Shown here: one piece after another, positions 55,568 to 64,000 of the stretch | Numbering within the stretch: position 1 is the stretch's first letter | Layout of the letters: each line of letters begins with the position of its first letter | Origin: a virus | IMG/VR virus record: IMGVR_UViG_3300028920_000039 | Coordinates: 1-64,000 of that record | Length of the DNA stretch: 64,000 bases | Strand: one strand, 5' to 3' | Notes under the pieces: generated by a model | The model's database searches: none | What the model saw: the letters and a program-made list of their open reading frames with translations, nothing else | What the model was told of the DNA's origin: nothing | Program-made: the position numbers and the translations under genes

Positions 55568-56286
55568 AAGGGCACATCTATGTGGCTTTCGGCAAAGGAT
55601 ATGATGAACAAGCTGCTCATTCGGCCTTGGCAGCTCGTCGTTTTTCCACCCTCCCAATATGTGTTTTGACGAACCGGAGAAGCGGTAAGCGATCTAAGGT
55701 CTGGGACAAAGTTTCGAATGTGTCCTTTCTTGAATTTGATCTGACTGACAATGAGAATCGGGCTGTCAAAACTCGGATCGATGAGTATAGTCCTTACGAT
55801 GAGACGCTATACACCGACACAGACACAGTCATCCAGTCACCTCGATTCATACAGGGCTTCGACGCTCTACAGGATGCTCATGTGGCTTTCTCAATAGACC
55901 GTGTGTTCCGTCCTGGCCGAAAAGTTCTCAGGCTGTACCAGCAGGCAATGAACATGTTCAAGGTAGATCTGCCGATGGTTGTGTATCAGGGCGGGGTGTG
56001 TTTCTTTCAGAAGTGCCAGCCTACTACGGAGTTTTTTACTTTGTGGAACGCTTATTGGCAGCAGTTCGGAAGAGGCAGAGAAATGATGTGCTTGGCATGT
56101 GCTGCCAAGAATGTGATTGGAGTTGCAATCGGCATACTTTCCAGGGAGTTTGGGCACCCTCATAGTACTATCATTCAGCATTTCCACAGTGCTTCCGCTC
56201 CACACACTGATCTCATTCCGAAGATCAAGAAGAACAAACCTTTTGACAAGGTGTACGGTCGTAGAAAATGGGATTGGGTGGACTGA
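55564..56286 (+). CDS. GT-A (GT8-like) glycosyltransferase paralogue
   Basis: GHIYVAFG...LPICVLTN...LYTDTD...QGGV. Confidence 0.75.
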   Translation: MKGHIYVAFGKGYDEQAAHSALAARRFSTLPICVLTNRRSGKRSKVWDKVSNVSFLEFDLTDNENRAVKTRIDEYSPYDETLYTDTDTVIQSPRFIQGFDALQDAHVAFSIDRVFRPGRKVLRLYQQAMNMFKVDLPMVVYQGGVCFFQKCQPTTEFFTLWNAYWQQFGRGREMMCLACAAKNVIGVAIGILSREFGHPHSTIIQHFHSASAPHTDLIPKIKKNKPFDKVYGRRKWDWVD

Positions 56287-57041
56287 TGCGGTTTCTCATC
56301 ATTTCTCGACAACGCGCTGGTTCGCACATGTTGTCTTCAATGCTTGACTCTCATCCTGATCTGACTTGCTTCGGTGAGGCAGAAAATGTGGCTTGGCTGG
56401 ACAGGTTGCATGAAGGCCAAGGCGCTATGATCAAGTACAACCGTGTTGAAGATCGGGAGAAGCTGGGGCAGTTCCGTTTGATACATTTGGTGAGGAAAGA
56501 TTTGTTGGAGCTTACTATCTCCAACTACCTTCTGAAATGCACCACTAAACTAGGAAGCAGTGTGCCGTTTCATAAAGTGCATACAGACTCAGACGACTTG
56601 CTGATATGGGGCGAAACCATGGAAGGTGATGCGTGCTGGGACAAGGATTTTACACCTGCTGTTTTGCAAGAGGACCGCACGAAGAACAGGTACAGGTACA
56701 CAACCGACAAGCAGACCGGCTTTCCGATTGATCTCCTGAGCGCTGGTTCACTCGGAAAGGTGATGGGTCGCCTGTGTGAGGAAGTGCTTTCGTGGCATGA
56801 TTTTCTCAAAGACAGGGCGCTCACTGTTTTCTATGAGGACATTGTTGGCTCGTCTCGAGAGACCACAACAATGCCTGAGGATATTTCTCGCAGGATCTGC
56901 AGACATCTGGGTGTGCCCCAGCACACCATGACAACGTCTTTTAAGAAGGTGAACAAGTTTGATCGACACTCTCTTCCAAAGAAGGTTCGTCATTTAAAAT
57001 CGCAGTTGCGTGATATGTATGTAAACACCTTGTTAACATGA
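56286..57041 (+). CDS. Stf0-like sulfotransferase
   Basis: SRQRAGSHML...SHP...GE; HLVR...S. Confidence 0.75.
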   Translation: MRFLIISRQRAGSHMLSSMLDSHPDLTCFGEAENVAWLDRLHEGQGAMIKYNRVEDREKLGQFRLIHLVRKDLLELTISNYLLKCTTKLGSSVPFHKVHTDSDDLLIWGETMEGDACWDKDFTPAVLQEDRTKNRYRYTTDKQTGFPIDLLSAGSLGKVMGRLCEEVLSWHDFLKDRALTVFYEDIVGSSRETTTMPEDISRRICRHLGVPQHTMTTSFKKVNKFDRHSLPKKVRHLKSQLRDMYVNTLLT

Positions 57042-57757
57042 CGAGAGGCCATCTATACATAGCGTTTGGAATTGAGTACGACAAGGCCACCGCCTTTTCA
57101 GTAGCAACCCTGAGGAAGCATTCTACCTTGCCTGTCTGTGTTCTGACGAATGTCAAGAAACGACACCCCAAGTGGAAGGAATGCGACAACGTCAAGTTTG
57201 TGTTTATGGAGAGTGCAGATCGTGACAACAGGGATGTCAAGACTCGAATGGTCAACTTCACCCCTTACGACGAATCGTTGTACACTGATTCAGACACACT
57301 CATTCTGTCCAACAAGTTTGCACTGGCATTCGATGTTCTCAAGAACTGTGACATAGCATTCCCTTACTACCCCGGAAAGCAAAGTGCACAGCGGCTGGCC
57401 ACACCTATCTATCGGGAAGCGCTGGCTAAGTTCAAAGTGAAAGACATACCACTTGTGTACCAAGGGGGTGTTTGCGTCTTTCGCAGAAATGACGCAGTCA
57501 AGAAGTTCTTTGCTCTGTGGAATGAGTATTGGAAGGTGGACAGGTTCAGAGATATGCCTCCACTGGTAGCGGCTGTTCACAATGTTCATGGTGTGGCGAT
57601 AGGCTTGCTGTCCCAGAATTATGGATTTCCTCATAGCGATATTATTCAGCACTTCTATGGTTGGCGCCCTCCTAAGACCGGCGCCTTGCCACAGTTTGTC
57701 AAGGACGCCGCAAATGAAACCAGTCGACGCTGGGAACCCCGGAGATGTTTTCGATGA
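57038..57757 (+). CDS. GT-A (GT8-like) glycosyltransferase paralogue
   Basis: GHLYIAFG...LYTDSD...QGGV...RDMP. Confidence 0.75.
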   Translation: MTRGHLYIAFGIEYDKATAFSVATLRKHSTLPVCVLTNVKKRHPKWKECDNVKFVFMESADRDNRDVKTRMVNFTPYDESLYTDSDTLILSNKFALAFDVLKNCDIAFPYYPGKQSAQRLATPIYREALAKFKVKDIPLVYQGGVCVFRRNDAVKKFFALWNEYWKVDRFRDMPPLVAAVHNVHGVAIGLLSQNYGFPHSDIIQHFYGWRPPKTGALPQFVKDAANETSRRWEPRRCFR

Positions 57758-58575
57758 AAGAGCTAGACCTACTGATCGTTATCAGATGCCACGTGGACCC
57801 GATGTTGGTAGTTGATACCTATCATGCAGCACAGTACAATACTGGCCCCGAAACTGATGTGGTGTTTGCAGTTGATGGCGACACACCAAAGTTTTCTCGA
57901 AAGATGCTGGATCTTTTCGGGAAAGAGCGAGTGTATATTGCTAGCCACAGATGGGGATGGGGCGCAGGCTTGTTCAGTTTGCTACTGGAATCCTACCTGT
58001 ACTTTCGTGAAATCTATCGGTTTAACCATTTTCAATCTATCGACTACGATACACTTTACATTGCTCCTGAAGCTGATCGTATGCTACTTGATAGGATCAC
58101 TAGTTCCAAGATAGGGTTGTTGGGTTGCCACCGTCCTTCAAACTCCCATTGGAAGAAGGTCTACGAGAAGAATGCAGAGCGATTTGTGGAGGTATTCGGT
58201 CACCCCGGACGTGCCTACACGCATGGCGAAGGGGTTCAAGGCGGATACATGACCCTAACTTCCTCGCTTCTCCAGAACATGGCTACTCGCAAAATGTTTC
58301 GGCCCCCTTACACAGTGGCCAGCTCATACACTTCGATTGCCGATGACCATCTTCTGCCGATTTTTGTGAGAATGTGCAACAAAGAGGTTGTGGATGTATC
58401 TGACTTTGCTCGGTGCTTCTGGAAGGCTCGTGAGGATCCGCGAGGTTTGGAAGAGAAAGGCTATAAGGTCTTTCATCCTACCAAGCTGAATCCTCATAAC
58501 AAGAGTAGGTCAACAGAAGTGGAGATGCGTAACTACTTTCGAAAACTTCGTGGTTGCTCCGATATGCTCAAATGA
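57754..58575 (+). CDS. GT-A-like glycosyltransferase, putative
   Basis: FAVDG, SIDYD, IADD. Confidence 0.6.
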   Translation: MKELDLLIVIRCHVDPMLVVDTYHAAQYNTGPETDVVFAVDGDTPKFSRKMLDLFGKERVYIASHRWGWGAGLFSLLLESYLYFREIYRFNHFQSIDYDTLYIAPEADRMLLDRITSSKIGLLGCHRPSNSHWKKVYEKNAERFVEVFGHPGRAYTHGEGVQGGYMTLTSSLLQNMATRKMFRPPYTVASSYTSIADDHLLPIFVRMCNKEVVDVSDFARCFWKAREDPRGLEEKGYKVFHPTKLNPHNKSRSTEVEMRNYFRKLRGCSDMLK

Positions 58576-58955
58576 AGACCCTTATACACATCACAGGCAA
58601 AAAGCTAACGCTCAAGTTTTCTCCTGAGGGTGCGCTTTCCAGTGCACGGTTAGATGGTAAGAGTGTGACAGATGAGCTAATGTATGTGAAGAAGGCCAAC
58701 TCCACTGAATCTCTGTCAGTGTTTGGGTTTGGTGAAAGGTGGGAACCCGGGTTGGTTGGTTGCTTCAAACGCCTTGAGGCCATACTGGAACCTATGAACT
58801 TTTCCATCCTTAAGGTCGACAAAGTGCGGCAGGATGTGTATGAGATTTTCTTGTGTTCTTCCAAAGACACAGCATTCGTCAACCGAACAGCTCTCATGAG
58901 TCTGCATTACAATCACCGAGAAGACAAGTTCGTTGCAGTTGTAAAAACATACTAA
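58572..58955 (+). CDS. Hypothetical protein
   Basis: ATGA/TAA-coupled ORF. Confidence 0.65.
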   Translation: MKTLIHITGKKLTLKFSPEGALSSARLDGKSVTDELMYVKKANSTESLSVFGFGERWEPGLVGCFKRLEAILEPMNFSILKVDKVRQDVYEIFLCSSKDTAFVNRTALMSLHYNHREDKFVAVVKTY

Positions 58956-58966
58956 GGAGGTACGAT

Positions 58967-59395
58967 ATGTATACAGTTCGAAAGAAGTTCACAGTAGAAA
59001 TGTCTCACCAGCTTGAAAGAGCATACAGCAGTTGTTGCACTGATTGTATACATGGCCACTCGTATACAATCGAGTTGTTTTTCACTGCCTCAGTGCTTGA
59101 CGAAAACGGTATGGTGATTGATTTTGGAGAGGTGAAGGAAGTCTGTAAACCCGTCATTGATCAGTTTGATCATGCATTGGTTCTTCCTAAGAGTCTTGCT
59201 GAGAAATATGGGCCTCACATGGCTGCTCTAAGCAAAAAACTGATTATTGTTGATGCGAACCCGACTGCTGAGTGGATGGCCTTTCATTTGTACACCGTTA
59301 TCTGCCAGGCGCTTCCTGAGCTGTTCAAGGTGCGAGTTCACGAAACAGTCACTGGTTGGGCTGAGTGGTTTGAAGACAAAAAAGACCAGATATGA
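58967..59395 (+). CDS. queD: 6-carboxy-5,6,7,8-tetrahydropterin synthase
   Basis: SHQL...CIHGHSY, GMVIDFG, FDHAL, PTAE, VHET. Confidence 0.9.
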   Translation: MYTVRKKFTVEMSHQLERAYSSCCTDCIHGHSYTIELFFTASVLDENGMVIDFGEVKEVCKPVIDQFDHALVLPKSLAEKYGPHMAALSKKLIIVDANPTAEWMAFHLYTVICQALPELFKVRVHETVTGWAEWFEDKKDQI

Positions 59396-60096
59396 ATCAC
59401 CTTCGTATTTACAGTGATATCATAGCAAATGCACTCCAAAGACCTTTGATACAAGGATATTCAGAGGTACATCACATAGTCCCTACTTGTATGGGAGGTG
59501 ACGATATAGATAGCAACAAAGTTGTGCTTACCGGGAGGGAACACTATTTGTGCCATTGGTTGCTGTATAAGATTCACGGAGGGAAGCTAGTTTATGCTTG
59601 GTATATGATGACGTACAACCCTTTTGGCAAAAGGTATACCTCTCACTCTTTTCAGTATGCTCGAGAGATGCATGCAAAGGAAATAGGAAAAATAGTGAGC
59701 AAAGCATTAACCGGTAGAAAACTACCAGAAGAAACGAAAAGAAAAGTGTCAAAAGCTCTAAAAGGCAGAAAAGGACAACCTCGTTCTGCAAAAACAAGAA
59801 GGAAGATATCTGCTGCTTTGAAAGGAAAACCTGGCCACTCTCAAAGCATAGAATCAAGAAGAAAAATATCATTGGCGCAAAAAGGAAGGAAGATGTCGGA
59901 AGCAGAGGTGGCAAAGATGATAGCTGCAGTAACGGGCGTCAGAAAAGCCCCCAGAACACAGAAACATTGTTTGCATTTGAGCATATCCCGGAAAAATTCA
60001 CCTGTTGTTGTGTGTCCTTACTGCAACAAAACAGGTCAAAAGTCAGTTATGACTAGATGGCATTTTGAGAATTGTAAATTGGCGAAGGGCAGTTGA
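59392..60096 (+). mobile_element. Free-standing HNH homing endonuclease with NUMOD3 repeats
   Basis: EVHHIVPTCMGG...LTGREHYLCH; ETKRKVSKALKG, KTRRKISAALKG, ESRRKISLAQKG; more A-rich than flanks. Confidence 0.85.
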
Positions 60097-60335
60097 TGGC
60101 CTTTCCTCTCTTCAAAATCACTGGCAGAGTACAACAGGATCATATTCTCTACGGTGAAGATGCTATGAACCTGGGTGACCTGGGAAACAGCCTTGACCCA
60201 CGAGTGGTTCATTACTGCAAGATTCTGGAAGCCCACAAGAAAGAGTGCCCTATCTGTTCATGGCCCAGGTTTTATCCCAAGTGGCGAAAGTTTTGTCAGT
60301 TGTGTATTCGAGTGTTCAAAAGAAAGGTATTCTGA
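60093..60335 (+). CDS. Small hypothetical protein
   Basis: Coupled ORF with CPIC...CQLC. Confidence 0.5.
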   Translation: MMAFPLFKITGRVQQDHILYGEDAMNLGDLGNSLDPRVVHYCKILEAHKKECPICSWPRFYPKWRKFCQLCIRVFKRKVF

Positions 60336-60496
60336 TGGGTGTAAAAGCGAAACGACGGCATGCTCGAAAGATGATCCTAAAAGTTCTCGAATCGAAAATT
60401 CCTGAATTGAAAAACGAGATCATCAAACAGATCAACAATTATCCCTTCTGGACTCGGGTTCACTTTGCTTGGAAGGTGGTTTTAGGCAAAATTTAG
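60335..60496 (+). CDS. Small basic hypothetical protein
   Basis: AAAGG RBS; TGATG coupling. Confidence 0.55.
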   Translation: MGVKAKRRHARKMILKVLESKIPELKNEIIKQINNYPFWTRVHFAWKVVLGKI

Positions 60497-60590
60497 GCGG
60501 TTTAACGGAACAGGTCCGTTTTTGATCTTGTAAGTAACCGTGGAGTGTATGTTAGAGAAGTTTAACATGCATATATAAAGACGGGCACCT

Positions 60591-60622
60591 AAGCGGATCC
60601 GAGAGGATCCGCTTATTTCTTA
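60591..60622 (+). terminator. Intrinsic terminator-like hairpin
   Basis: AAGCGGATCC-GAGA-GGATCCGCTT followed by a T-rich tract. Confidence 0.65.
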
Positions 60623-60718
60623 TTCTCAATTCTAAACAATTCTTGAAAATAAAAAAGTAGTGTTGACTAGAAACTACATTTGTCATACCCTGGTGCTTAG
60701 TATAACTATTTTGACATT

Positions 60719-61237
60719 ATGAGTCTTCCTACGGTACAGAAACCAGCCTCTTTGATGATCATTGATAATCTCACTCAGCGTATGATGGAGATGGAAGTCA
60801 CTCCAGAAGACGCTTTGGATGAGCTAGTGTATCTTGATCCAGAAACTGAACTGGGCCGAGCCATGACCAAAGTCATGGTTGACATCGCAACGCTGAAGCT
60901 TCTGGATTACTACAAAGGCTACACTCGAGAAGCCAATGAGATCAAAATAGTACTTTCGTCAGAGGCACCAGTGGATAGCCTGAAAAAGCTGGTGTCACAG
61001 ATTGAGCAGGATGTCGAGGCTGTACCAGTGGGTTCTGATGAATCTACTCCATTGATCAACGCCGAACTGATGAAGTCCAACATGAGTGACAAGGATTTCG
61101 AGTGGATTCTGAAGCTGATGATATTCACTGAAGAGCCCGACGAGTTCGGCGATGTACCAGTTCAGATTAATATGGACGGCGAGATTTCAGTTGAAGATGA
61201 TGAAGAAGCACCTGTTCCTGGTGAGGAGGAAGAATGA
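60719..61237 (+). CDS. Acidic hypothetical (virion-like) protein
   Basis: ORF after AT-rich intergenic region. Confidence 0.7.
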   Translation: MSLPTVQKPASLMIIDNLTQRMMEMEVTPEDALDELVYLDPETELGRAMTKVMVDIATLKLLDYYKGYTREANEIKIVLSSEAPVDSLKKLVSQIEQDVEAVPVGSDESTPLINAELMKSNMSDKDFEWILKLMIFTEEPDEFGDVPVQINMDGEISVEDDEEAPVPGEEEE

Positions 61238-62481
61238 TGGAAAAGATCAAATGTGACTCTTGCGGGTATGAAACACCGCTCGAAGAGATGGATTTCCAAC
61301 TCGACGAAGCAGCTACGATGACCTGCCCGGTTTGCAACTCCAAGATCGAAATCACTGCCAAACTGCTTGAGCCCGGCACTCCTGGTCCTGAAGCGGAAGA
61401 GCTTCCCCCTTCTCCTGAGGAGCTTCCGGGTGAGGAAGAGGAGGAAGAGGAGGAAGAGTTGCCTTCAGGCGAGGAAGAAATGATGTCTGGCGAAGAAGAG
61501 GTCGGGCAGATTACTCCTCGTGAAAGCGTTGAGGAACGGGTGGCCCAAGCTCTCAAGGACATTAAGGAAGGCAAGGACGACAGGGAAGTCATCAGTCGTC
61601 TTCTGAACCCGCCAATGAGGGTGCATTCGCCTGCGAAGCTGGAGATGGGTGTGCCCAACCGCTTTCCCAGTGGTTTTGTGGTAGGTTCTGGTGAGTCCTT
61701 CAAAAATGAGTATGATTATGGGATCTGCTTTTCTCTTGAAGGCTACGTTGAAATATACAAGGATGATAAGGTTGTGACCCAGTTCCATCCTGATGAGGTG
61801 CAACTAGATTTTGCGGATTCAAAGAAGCGACCTTCTTCAGATCTTCAGGAACGCAAGGTGATTGATGTTACTCCTTCACCAGCCCACTATCGTCACATGC
61901 TCAAGATCATCATGCAGAACTCTCGGAGCAAGGCTGATCGTGATTGGGCCAAGGAAGAATACGAGCGTGTGAAAGACGTCAAAATGTGGCGGACAAAGGA
62001 CGAAGATCCGATGGCGAAGGATAAGATGCGTGAGTTTCCAGAGGAATCCAAGAAGCTCAACGAAAAAGAAGATGAGCTGAAGGATTGGAAGGGTGACTTT
62101 GCTACATTCAACGCAAAACTCTACGGTTGCGCCGAAGATCTGAACATTCCGATGGAAGAGTACGAGAAGGTCATCCAAGCACTGCAGGACAAAGACGCCA
62201 TTGGTCTCACCAACGATAAGGTAGAGCTGGATCTCAAGAAGACGAAGGATGTTCTGGTAGACTATCTGAAAGGTCGCGGTGCTGAAGCGGAAGAGGTCGT
62301 TGCTGCTACAGACGGCATGACTGAGCCACCGCCTGAACCACAGGATCTCGGAAATGATGAGATGGGCGGAGAGCTTGGTAGTGAGGTTCCGCCGATTGAG
62401 AGCAAGGTCACAGAGCAGGAAGAGGGTTCCGACTCTGTTGATGATGATGTGGAGCAGGTTCTTCGTAAGTACTTTGCATGA
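61234..62481 (+). CDS. Acidic multi-module protein with N-terminal Zn ribbon (head-associated-like)
   Basis: CDSC...CPVC; Glu-rich linkers; RESVEERVAQAL. Confidence 0.75.
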   Translation: MMEKIKCDSCGYETPLEEMDFQLDEAATMTCPVCNSKIEITAKLLEPGTPGPEAEELPPSPEELPGEEEEEEEEELPSGEEEMMSGEEEVGQITPRESVEERVAQALKDIKEGKDDREVISRLLNPPMRVHSPAKLEMGVPNRFPSGFVVGSGESFKNEYDYGICFSLEGYVEIYKDDKVVTQFHPDEVQLDFADSKKRPSSDLQERKVIDVTPSPAHYRHMLKIIMQNSRSKADRDWAKEEYERVKDVKMWRTKDEDPMAKDKMREFPEESKKLNEKEDELKDWKGDFATFNAKLYGCAEDLNIPMEEYEKVIQALQDKDAIGLTNDKVELDLKKTKDVLVDYLKGRGAEAEEVVAATDGMTEPPPEPQDLGNDEMGGELGSEVPPIESKVTEQEEGSDSVDDDVEQVLRKYFA

Positions 62482-62846
62482 ATGAAAGAGACCATATCCG
62501 GAAGATTTTCGAGAGTTGTGAGCATGGTGATGATGCGTCTGTTCCGTCCCCGGTTCGGCTGATTGAAGCCGGCCCATCGCAAGAGCTGCCGATTCAGATT
62601 CAGGCTAAGGTGATCATGACTGGTGCTCTTCTTGAATCTTCTTTCAAGGAGAAAGCCACAGACGAACCCACAGAGGCGAAGAGTTTCACATTGAATCTTG
62701 ACTGGGAGTCCATTAGCGAACAACTCAACAAGGCTGTGAGAGAAGTGGTGGAGGGCCATGCCGGTTGTTCAATATATGCTCAAGGCGGTGGCAATTACTA
62801 TCTTGAATCCTGCTTTGTAAATGAGGAATTCAACCGTAGAAGTTGA
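62478..62846 (+). CDS. Hypothetical protein
   Basis: ATGA-coupled. Confidence 0.7.
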   Translation: MNERDHIRKIFESCEHGDDASVPSPVRLIEAGPSQELPIQIQAKVIMTGALLESSFKEKATDEPTEAKSFTLNLDWESISEQLNKAVREVVEGHAGCSIYAQGGGNYYLESCFVNEEFNRRS

Positions 62847-62865
62847 CTAGCAAAGGAGAAGAATC

Positions 62866-63231
62866 ATGGCTGGTGAACGCGTCGAAAGAGATCAGATCGT
62901 CCTGAGAGACCCTACAGGCTGGGTAATGTCAGATGTCCCAATTCACTTTGCGGGAATGGCTGTGTTCATGCGTAACGACTCTAATAGTCCCGCTACTTTC
63001 AGAATTCACGAGAGTGAAAACGGTACTGTTTGGAGTTTGGTGTTGTTTTCAACACATAACGCGTCGGCATTAGCAAGTTTGACAATTGCTCCTTTAAGCT
63101 TCGCAGTAGCTTTGTTTACCTCTGCAGAGCAGTTTGTCAGGCTTTCACTGGCAGATGAGAACCAGGCGGGAGTGTACTGCTCATTGGTCCAGTACCCACC
63201 GAAGGGTCTGGAAGACCTGCCGGGGTATTGA
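62866..63231 (+). CDS. Small beta-sandwich virion-like protein (paralogue family 3 of 3)
   Basis: IHESENGTVW; AAGGAG RBS. Confidence 0.7.
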   Translation: MAGERVERDQIVLRDPTGWVMSDVPIHFAGMAVFMRNDSNSPATFRIHESENGTVWSLVLFSTHNASALASLTIAPLSFAVALFTSAEQFVRLSLADENQAGVYCSLVQYPPKGLEDLPGY

Positions 63232-63683
63232 TCATGAACGACATCAGAGAGAACATCAAAGACATTCTGGTACCTGCAACCACTGAAGCAGAGAAACCGA
63301 TTGACCCCGAAGAGCTGGCTGACAAGTTTGACCCGAGTGCTTTGGAAGCGGAGATTGCAAAACGCCTTGACTTCAAGCCTGCTGGTCTTGAAGTGCTCTT
63401 CAACACCGATGATAAGAAGGCTCGAGTTGAGATAACCAGTGATAACCTGGTTGATAAAGCAGGCATCATGGACCAGGTTTTCTCTGAGGTGGGAATTTAC
63501 AACTTCGGTGGATCCGTAGGATATGATCCTGATGAAGGTACATATGCTTGGGTTCCTGTTCACATGAGTTGGGAACATGTTAGTGGCGGAAGCAACGGTG
63601 GGAAGATGTTTGATGCTTTTTACTTCTTCGACACTGGTCGATGGGAGTTCAGGGATCTGGAACGCTATGCTCCACCAGAGTAA
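63228..63683 (+). CDS. Hypothetical protein
   Basis: Coupled ORF. Confidence 0.7.
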   Translation: MIMNDIRENIKDILVPATTEAEKPIDPEELADKFDPSALEAEIAKRLDFKPAGLEVLFNTDDKKARVEITSDNLVDKAGIMDQVFSEVGIYNFGGSVGYDPDEGTYAWVPVHMSWEHVSGGSNGGKMFDAFYFFDTGRWEFRDLERYAPPE

Positions 63684-63711
63684 ACGGATTTGTGATTAAA
63701 TGGAGGATGCA

Positions 63712-64000
63712 ATGAAAGAAGCCAAAGAGAAAGAAGTAGTGGATCTGGAAGGCCGCACCAAGAAGGTGCTGGACAACATGGCCAAGTCCTTTGAAAGGAT
63801 GAGGGACGAAGCCAACAGTCTGATGATGGGCCAGGACAAGTATTGGGCTCACATCATGAAGGGCGTGAAGGAAGAGGCTCAGATTACAGATCGTGATCTT
63901 CTTCTGGCCGGCATGCCGGCTCCTTTGGTGATGGAAGTTATCAGTCTGGAAGAGCAGCCTGCTACTAAGACGTCCACCTACAAAACAGTCTATCTCAAGA
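63712..64000 (+). CDS. 3'-truncated hypothetical protein
   Basis: GGAGG RBS; MKEAKEKEVVDLEGRTKKVLDNMAKS... open to the window end. Confidence 0.65.
   Translation, partial: MKEAKEKEVVDLEGRTKKVLDNMAKSFERMRDEANSLMMGQDKYWAHIMKGVKEEAQITDRDLLLAGMPAPLVMEVISLEEQPATKTSTYKTVYLK

Noticed and set aside
1-64000. Minus-strand ORFs of 60-250 aa throughout
   Set aside because: All overlap well-supported + strand genes, lack RBSs and motifs, and show antisense-shadow composition
1-64000. Stop-codon recoding (TAG or TGA read-through, as in some large phages)
   Set aside because: TAG (e.g. 13091, 22406, 46929), TGA and TAA all end genes followed by new RBS/starts, and conserved enzymes are uninterrupted
1-64000. 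Archaeal virus or Borg-like element
   Set aside because: tmRNA, sigma70 -35/-10 promoters, NAD ligase and gp20-like portal indicate a bacteriophage

Overview
Segment of a large, T4-like-module bacteriophage genome (bacterial host: sigma70 promoters, tmRNA, Shine-Dalgarno starts). Essentially all real genes are on the + strand in the standard genetic code. Left to right: a 5'-truncated W-x-x-G-x pentapeptide-repeat protein (missed by the ORF track) and other putative head-cargo genes; a sigma70-driven early/middle region (unassigned structured RNA, SprT-like protease, AAA+ ATPase, NAD-dependent DNA ligase, DUF932 protein); an RNA island (8 tRNAs, tmRNA, two unassigned structured RNAs); resolvase, candidate TerS with a C2H2 finger, TerL and gp20-like portal; fibre/lectin genes that unexpectedly carry Sec/lipoprotein signal peptides; patatin and a nucleotidyltransferase; KTSC, an acidic core-like protein, 5'-3' exonuclease, a stand-alone TSCPD domain and a papain-like protease; an 11-gene glycosyl/sulfo/methyltransferase cluster; queD with an adjacent HNH homing endonuclease; more acidic virion-like proteins. 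The most striking pattern is a short helical peptide (consensus D-[PS]-I-E-x-A-I-D-M-[VLM]) present 14 times in 13 unrelated proteins, at N-termini, between domains or at C-termini, often after a Glu-Ser/Thr junction. I infer it is a portable capsid-loading tag. Functional calls come from motif recognition by eye; no database searches were run.
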